DNA from: Vicinamibacteria bacterium
GTDB taxonomy: Bacteria; Acidobacteriota; Vicinamibacteria; Marinacidobacterales; Marinacidobacteraceae
NCBI GenBank assembly: GCA_963422395.1
Contig: OY729431.1
Span: 256,001 to 320,000 of the forward strand
Length of the DNA stretch: 64,000 nt
Direction: 5' to 3'
Below the pieces are notes generated by a model. That model did not search any database. It was not told the DNA's origin and saw only the letters and a program-made list of their open reading frames with translations. Below are positions 59,624 to 64,000 of this stretch, piece by piece (the stretch's first letter is position 1; every line of letters begins with the position of its first letter). The translations under genes were made by a program, and so were the position numbers.

Positions 59624-62302
59624 ATGCGTCTTTCCGTTCTGCTTCCCGTTTCCCTCCTGCTGTTCGCGCCGCCGCCGGCGGCCGCCCAGCCCCCCTCCCC
59701 GGAGGAAGTGCTCGGTTATCCGATGGGCGGCTCGGTGACCGACTACGGCGGGCTCTACCGCTACCTCGATGCGATCCGGGACTCGGAGCGCCTGCGCCTT
59801 TCGGTCGTCGGCGAGAGCTTCGAGTACCGGGAACTGATCCTGCTCACCATCGGCACTCCGGAAAACCTTTCCCGCCTCGAAGCGATCCGGCGCGACACCC
59901 GGCGTCTCGCAGACCCCCGGGGGCTCACCGGGGAGGAGGCGGAGAGGATCATCGTCTCCACTCCCGCCGGTGTCTTCCTGAACTACGGAAACGACGGCAA
60001 CGAATCCGCCGCTTTCGAAGCGGCGCTGTGGATGGCGTGGGAGCTCCTGAGCGGCCGCCACGACGATCTCCTGGAAGATCTCGTGGTGTACATCGTCCCG
60101 GCCTCGAACCCGGACAGCCACGAGCGGTTCGCCGCCTGGTTCAAGGCGACCTCGAGCTGGCCCGACGGCGACCCCGACCCGAACGCTGCCGAGCATCGCG
60201 CCCCCTGGGGGCTGTCCACCAACAACAACCATTACCAGATCAATCTGAACCGGGATTCGGTCTGGAGTACGCAGCCTGAAAACCGTGCTCTGGTCCGGCT
60301 CTATCTGGATACCCGGCCGATGGTCTTCGTGGACCACCACGGCGAGACCGATTCGTTCGTGGGCCCCTGGATGGCCGAGCCGCTCCACCCCGTGCTCACC
60401 GAAAACCAGAAGGCGTGGCTGGTCGAGTACGGGCAGGCGATGGCAGCGGACTTCGCCGCCGCGGGCTTTGCCTATACCCCGTGGGAGTTCGGCCAGTTCG
60501 ATCCGGGTTATTGGGACACGCTCCCCAACTTCACCGGTTCCATCGGGTTCACCCTGGAGACCACCGGCGGCGGTTGGCGCGGGCTTCGCCTCGAACGACC
60601 TGGCGGCGGCGAATACACCCTCCGGAGCGGGATCGAACAGCACCTGGAAGCCGATCGGAGCCTGCTCGCGTTCACCGCGAAGAACCGCGAGCGCCGGCTG
60701 CGGGATTACCTCGCCTATCGGCGGGAGGCGCTCACCGGCGCGGGCCGGCCCGCCGGCTGGGTCCTTTCGGGCGATGCCGATCCGGCGCGGCTCGACACCG
60801 TACGCGGGCTGTTGCTCCGGGCCGGGATCGAAGTCCGGCGGACCAACCGAGAAGCGCCCGTGCGCGCCCGTCCGATGTTCCCGTGGACGGGTCCGGCCGC
60901 CGAGGTGGTGCTGCCGTCCGGGAGCCTGGTGGTGTCCGGAATCCAGCCCGAGGGAAGGCTCGCCCAAGTGCTGCTCGAGCAAGACGCCCGGTTCAGTGAG
61001 GAATTTCTGGAGCTGGTGGAAGAACACCGGAGACGCCGCACCGACCCCGGCTTCGGGCATCCGGACATCTGGACCACTTCCGACGCCTTCTACGACATCA
61101 CCGGCTGGTCCGTCCCGCTCACCCACCGTCTTCGGGCGTGGGTGATCGCCGATCCCGAGGGGCTGCCGCCGGAGACCGCTTCGGAGCCGGTGCGGCTCGA
61201 AGATCCCCTGAGCGATCCGCCGGCGACCTTCGGCGAGTTGGGAAATCCGGCTGCCTCCTACGCCTTCCTCGTTGCGGGAAACTCCGACCACACGATCCTC
61301 GCGGCAACCTGGCTGCGCGATGCCGCCATTCCGTTTCGGGTGGCCACTGCGGCCTTCCGAAAGGGCGGTGAGGCCTTCGGCCGCGGCACGCTCCTCGTCT
61401 ATGCCGCCGAGGCACCGCACCCGGCGCAGTTCCGCGCTGGGCTCGCGAGCCTCGCGGCCGCCGGGGCCCGGATCCTCGGGGTGGAGAGTCCCCTCACCGA
61501 TTCCGGCCCCCACCTCGGTTCCGACCGCTTCGTTCCCGTGGTTCCGGGTCGGATCGCCATGGTGATGGACGGCCCGGTCCGCCCGTCCGCGTACGGCAGC
61601 CCCTGGTACCTGTTCGAGCGGCGCTACCGCCTCCCCTTCACTGCGCTCCCCTGGCAGCGGCTCTCCGCAACCGACCTCCGTGGCTACCGGGTTCTCATCC
61701 TGCCGGACGGTGACTATCCGGATCCCGACGCCGATCCCGAGGCGGCGCGAATACTGGATCACCTCGGCGACTGGGCGGCCGGCGGCGGCGTGCTCATTTC
61801 CATGCGCGGAGCCTCGGCGTGGCTCGCGGGATCCGGGGCTTCCTGGATCCGGACCCGGATCCAGGAGGGATTTGCCGCCAAGTCGGCGTTCATGACCGAC
61901 GGCGGGCGCCCCGACGATATTCGTCCGGCCGCCCGAGAGCTCGAGGGCCCCGCCGAAGTGGTCCCCGGCGCCATCCTCCGCGCCCTTCCGAATTCGGAGA
62001 GCTTCCTCTCCTTCGGCTATGAGGAGCCGTTCCCGGTGATGATCTGGTCGAGCCTCGCGTTCGAACCCGACTCCTCCGTCGCCGTTGCGGCCCATTTCCC
62101 CGAGGACCCGGACGAACTCCTCGGCAGCGGGTTCGCCTTTCCCGACTCCCTCGAAAGGCTCGCCGGAACCCCGTATCTGGTCACGGAGCGGGTCGGCTCA
62201 GGCCGCGCCGTCCTCTTCCTCGACGACCCGAACTTCCGCCTCTTCTGGGACGGCCTGACCCGTCTCTTCATGAACGCAGTGCTGTTCGGCGCGAGCTTCT
62301 GA
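59624..62302 (+). CDS. M14 family zinc carboxypeptidase-like secreted protein
   Basis: Signal peptide, SPEEVLGY, YGNDGNE, PASNPDSHER, NHYQINLNRD, VDHHG, FYDITGWS and DDPNFRLFW motifs. An alternative ATG lies at 59600. Confidence 0.88.
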   Translation: MRLSVLLPVSLLLFAPPPAAAQPPSPEEVLGYPMGGSVTDYGGLYRYLDAIRDSERLRLSVVGESFEYRELILLTIGTPENLSRLEAIRRDTRRLADPRGLTGEEAERIIVSTPAGVFLNYGNDGNESAAFEAALWMAWELLSGRHDDLLEDLVVYIVPASNPDSHERFAAWFKATSSWPDGDPDPNAAEHRAPWGLSTNNNHYQINLNRDSVWSTQPENRALVRLYLDTRPMVFVDHHGETDSFVGPWMAEPLHPVLTENQKAWLVEYGQAMAADFAAAGFAYTPWEFGQFDPGYWDTLPNFTGSIGFTLETTGGGWRGLRLERPGGGEYTLRSGIEQHLEADRSLLAFTAKNRERRLRDYLAYRREALTGAGRPAGWVLSGDADPARLDTVRGLLLRAGIEVRRTNREAPVRARPMFPWTGPAAEVVLPSGSLVVSGIQPEGRLAQVLLEQDARFSEEFLELVEEHRRRRTDPGFGHPDIWTTSDAFYDITGWSVPLTHRLRAWVIADPEGLPPETASEPVRLEDPLSDPPATFGELGNPAASYAFLVAGNSDHTILAATWLRDAAIPFRVATAAFRKGGEAFGRGTLLVYAAEAPHPAQFRAGLASLAAAGARILGVESPLTDSGPHLGSDRFVPVVPGRIAMVMDGPVRPSAYGSPWYLFERRYRLPFTALPWQRLSATDLRGYRVLILPDGDYPDPDADPEAARILDHLGDWAAGGGVLISMRGASAWLAGSGASWIRTRIQEGFAAKSAFMTDGGRPDDIRPAARELEGPAEVVPGAILRALPNSESFLSFGYEEPFPVMIWSSLAFEPDSSVAVAAHFPEDPDELLGSGFAFPDSLERLAGTPYLVTERVGSGRAVLFLDDPNFRLFWDGLTRLFMNAVLFGASF

Positions 62303-62342
62303 TCCGAGCCCTTCGACCGGCATTCTCAGATCCCGCCGCAAC

Positions 62343-63350
62343 TCATCGTCCTGTCGCCTCGACCGCCACGATGCGGCCGATCAGCTCCGGATCGTCGGGA
62401 AGCAGCCCGACCCCGGGAAGACGGCGGACGAGTTCGCGCCAGTCGTTCTCGTCGGTGAAGGCGTGAGCGAAGAGCGGGAGCGCTTCTTCCAGCCGTTCCA
62501 GATTCACGAGCGCCACCGCGTGCCAGAAGGTCATCTCGTAGTGGTCGGGGACGAGTGCCCGCGCCGCCCCGTATTCCCGGAGCGCTGCCTCCTGGTCCCC
62601 GACTTCGAGCGCGAGATCGCCGGCGTTCATGTGGTGATACGCCCGCTGCAGGGTTACCAGACGGCGCAGTTCTCCGAGCGGATCCGAGTGGTCGTCCACT
62701 CGGAGATCGAAGAGGCGGTCGCGCCACGGTTCGCCGCTCGGCTCGCCCCGCACCACCAGGATCGCCGCCGACTGCCGACCGCGAATATCTCCACCTGCAG
62801 CTTCCGCCGCTTCCATCGCCCGCAATAGCTTTTCGGCGAGGTCGCCGCCGCTCTTCTCGAACGCTTCGGCCATCGCCGGCCAGACGGTCTCGCTGCCCAT
62901 CAGGTTGGCCTGCACCGAGAAGTTCTCCCCGATCCGGTGTCCGGCGGCGGGAATGCAGTTCTCTCCGGTCCACGCCCTGACCCGTCCCCGAGCGTCGATC
63001 ATCGCTACTTGCCGCACCGCCCGGCCTTCGTCGGCTTCGAGCAGCGCGCCGAGCGCTTCGGGAGCGGATTCCCCGTTCCGCATCCGTTCGAGGCCGCGCG
63101 GGCCGTAGGCGGGGTCCACGAAGGACTGGGTGGCGACCGCTCCCACTCCGGACTCGGCCCAGGAAACCACGGAGCCCACCGAGAACCAGTGGCTCTGCAC
63201 TGCGACGCCGAGCTGTCCGGTCGCCGGATCGCGCGCCACGATGGAATAGGTGTGCACCGGCCGACGCGGTTTCGGGGATTCTGCTGCACTCTGGCCGGAA
63301 AGCCCGGCGATGAGAAGGACGGCGCCGGTGATTCGGTTGCCTGGGGTCAT
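62343..63350 (-). CDS. DUF1028 (Ntn-hydrolase-like) protein with C-terminal TPR
   Basis: Signal peptide, HTYSIVARDP...GVAVQS, GAVATQ, GGDIRGRQSAA and DLRVDDH motifs. Confidence 0.9.
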   Translation of the reverse strand: MTPGNRITGAVLLIAGLSGQSAAESPKPRRPVHTYSIVARDPATGQLGVAVQSHWFSVGSVVSWAESGVGAVATQSFVDPAYGPRGLERMRNGESAPEALGALLEADEGRAVRQVAMIDARGRVRAWTGENCIPAAGHRIGENFSVQANLMGSETVWPAMAEAFEKSGGDLAEKLLRAMEAAEAAGGDIRGRQSAAILVVRGEPSGEPWRDRLFDLRVDDHSDPLGELRRLVTLQRAYHHMNAGDLALEVGDQEAALREYGAARALVPDHYEMTFWHAVALVNLERLEEALPLFAHAFTDENDWRELVRRLPGVGLLPDDPELIGRIVAVEATGR

Positions 63351-63401
63351 GTTGGATCCTCCACGGATCTTCCGCAGCTTCGACGGTACCGGCGGCGGGC
63401 G

Positions 63402-63560
63402 TTACCACGCGATAGCGCAGCGGTGTGCGATGGACCTGGCGAGCCGTTCGAAATCTCGGTAGCAGTCCTGGACCGCGGACATATGACCGCCGAGCGCTCC
63501 GTCCGCAGGCTTCAGGTGAAACATCGGCTTTCGGGCGTCTTGCGCCATCGGCATCAGGCT
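63402..63560 (-). pseudogene. C-terminal remnant of a ParA-family ATPase
   Basis: Hand translation gives SLMPMAQDARKPMFHLKPADGALGGHMSAVQDCYRDFERLARSIAHRC. No Walker A region is present. Family assignment is from recall. Confidence 0.6.
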
Positions 63561-64000
63561 ACGTGTCGCTTCCGGGACGGGGTGCAGGTCGAAAGTGCGA
63601 TGTCTAGAGGCGCGCTTTTCGGTGAGGATCTTCTCCTCATGCGCGTTGGCGGCTCGGCGGGAGGGTCCGACTCGAATCCAAACCCGGCCCTGCGGACGAC
63701 AGGTCGAAAGCAGATCGCCGATCAGGAGTCCGAGCCGTTCCGCGGATGCGGGCGATGTCTCCGAGACCTCTCAGGATGGGAGAGACCGTCCCGAGGAGGT
63801 CCGACGGCATCACCTCCACCACTGCCACTTCGCCTTCGGGCAGGATCCTCTTGCCCACGGTCATGGCCGGCAGCGGCTCCAGATTCACATTCGAGCGCAG
63901 CTCGCCGAGTCTTCGCAGCAGTGCGTCCGTTACCGTCAGGCCGCTCGGCTTGCCCTTGTCGTTTACTCCGAGCAGGAGATATCCAGGCTGTCGCTGATCG
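63561..64000 (-). pseudogene. Disrupted Schlafen/AlbA_2-domain ATP-binding protein, 5' part outside the window
   Basis: PGYLLLGVNDKGKPSGL...VAVVEVMPSDL, then ~100 nt of unrelated sequence, then in another frame QGRVWIRVGPSRRAANAHEEKILTEKR...FDLHP. Confidence 0.65.

Overview
This is a high-GC bacterial chromosomal segment, most likely from Acidobacteriota. That call rests on the 16S sequence style and on the Acidobacteria-type TonB-dependent receptors, the CRTAC1/TPR genes and the PQQ-type enzyme; it is inference, not a database match. Housekeeping content is a full rrn operon (16S, tRNA-Ile, tRNA-Ala, 23S, 5S), tadA, tRNA-Ser(CGA), argGH, purMN and tyrS. The window also holds a redox/catabolic cluster (diheme cytochrome c, PQQ dehydrogenase, YVTN propeller, two COG1233 flavoproteins, NRAMP-like transporter, plus divergent GcvT-like and Rieske genes). 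There is a decayed defence/TA islet (R-M-like remnant, DUF4411, XRE-IrrE, variant Fic), a SNF2 helicase with a SWIM-like partner, two TonB-dependent receptors and many secreted peptidases. A MITE-like element sits upstream of tadA and a scrambled AlbA_2/ParA pseudogene lies at the right edge. I saw no CRISPR array or intact transposase. The best leads for new biology are the flavoprotein-pair/GcvT/Rieske putative N-demethylation system, a strongly G-skewed mosaic TonB receptor, a Fic with both catalytic and inhibitory motifs rewritten, and a Tat-signal mini-protein coupled to a signal-less amidase. All family calls come from reading motifs by eye.
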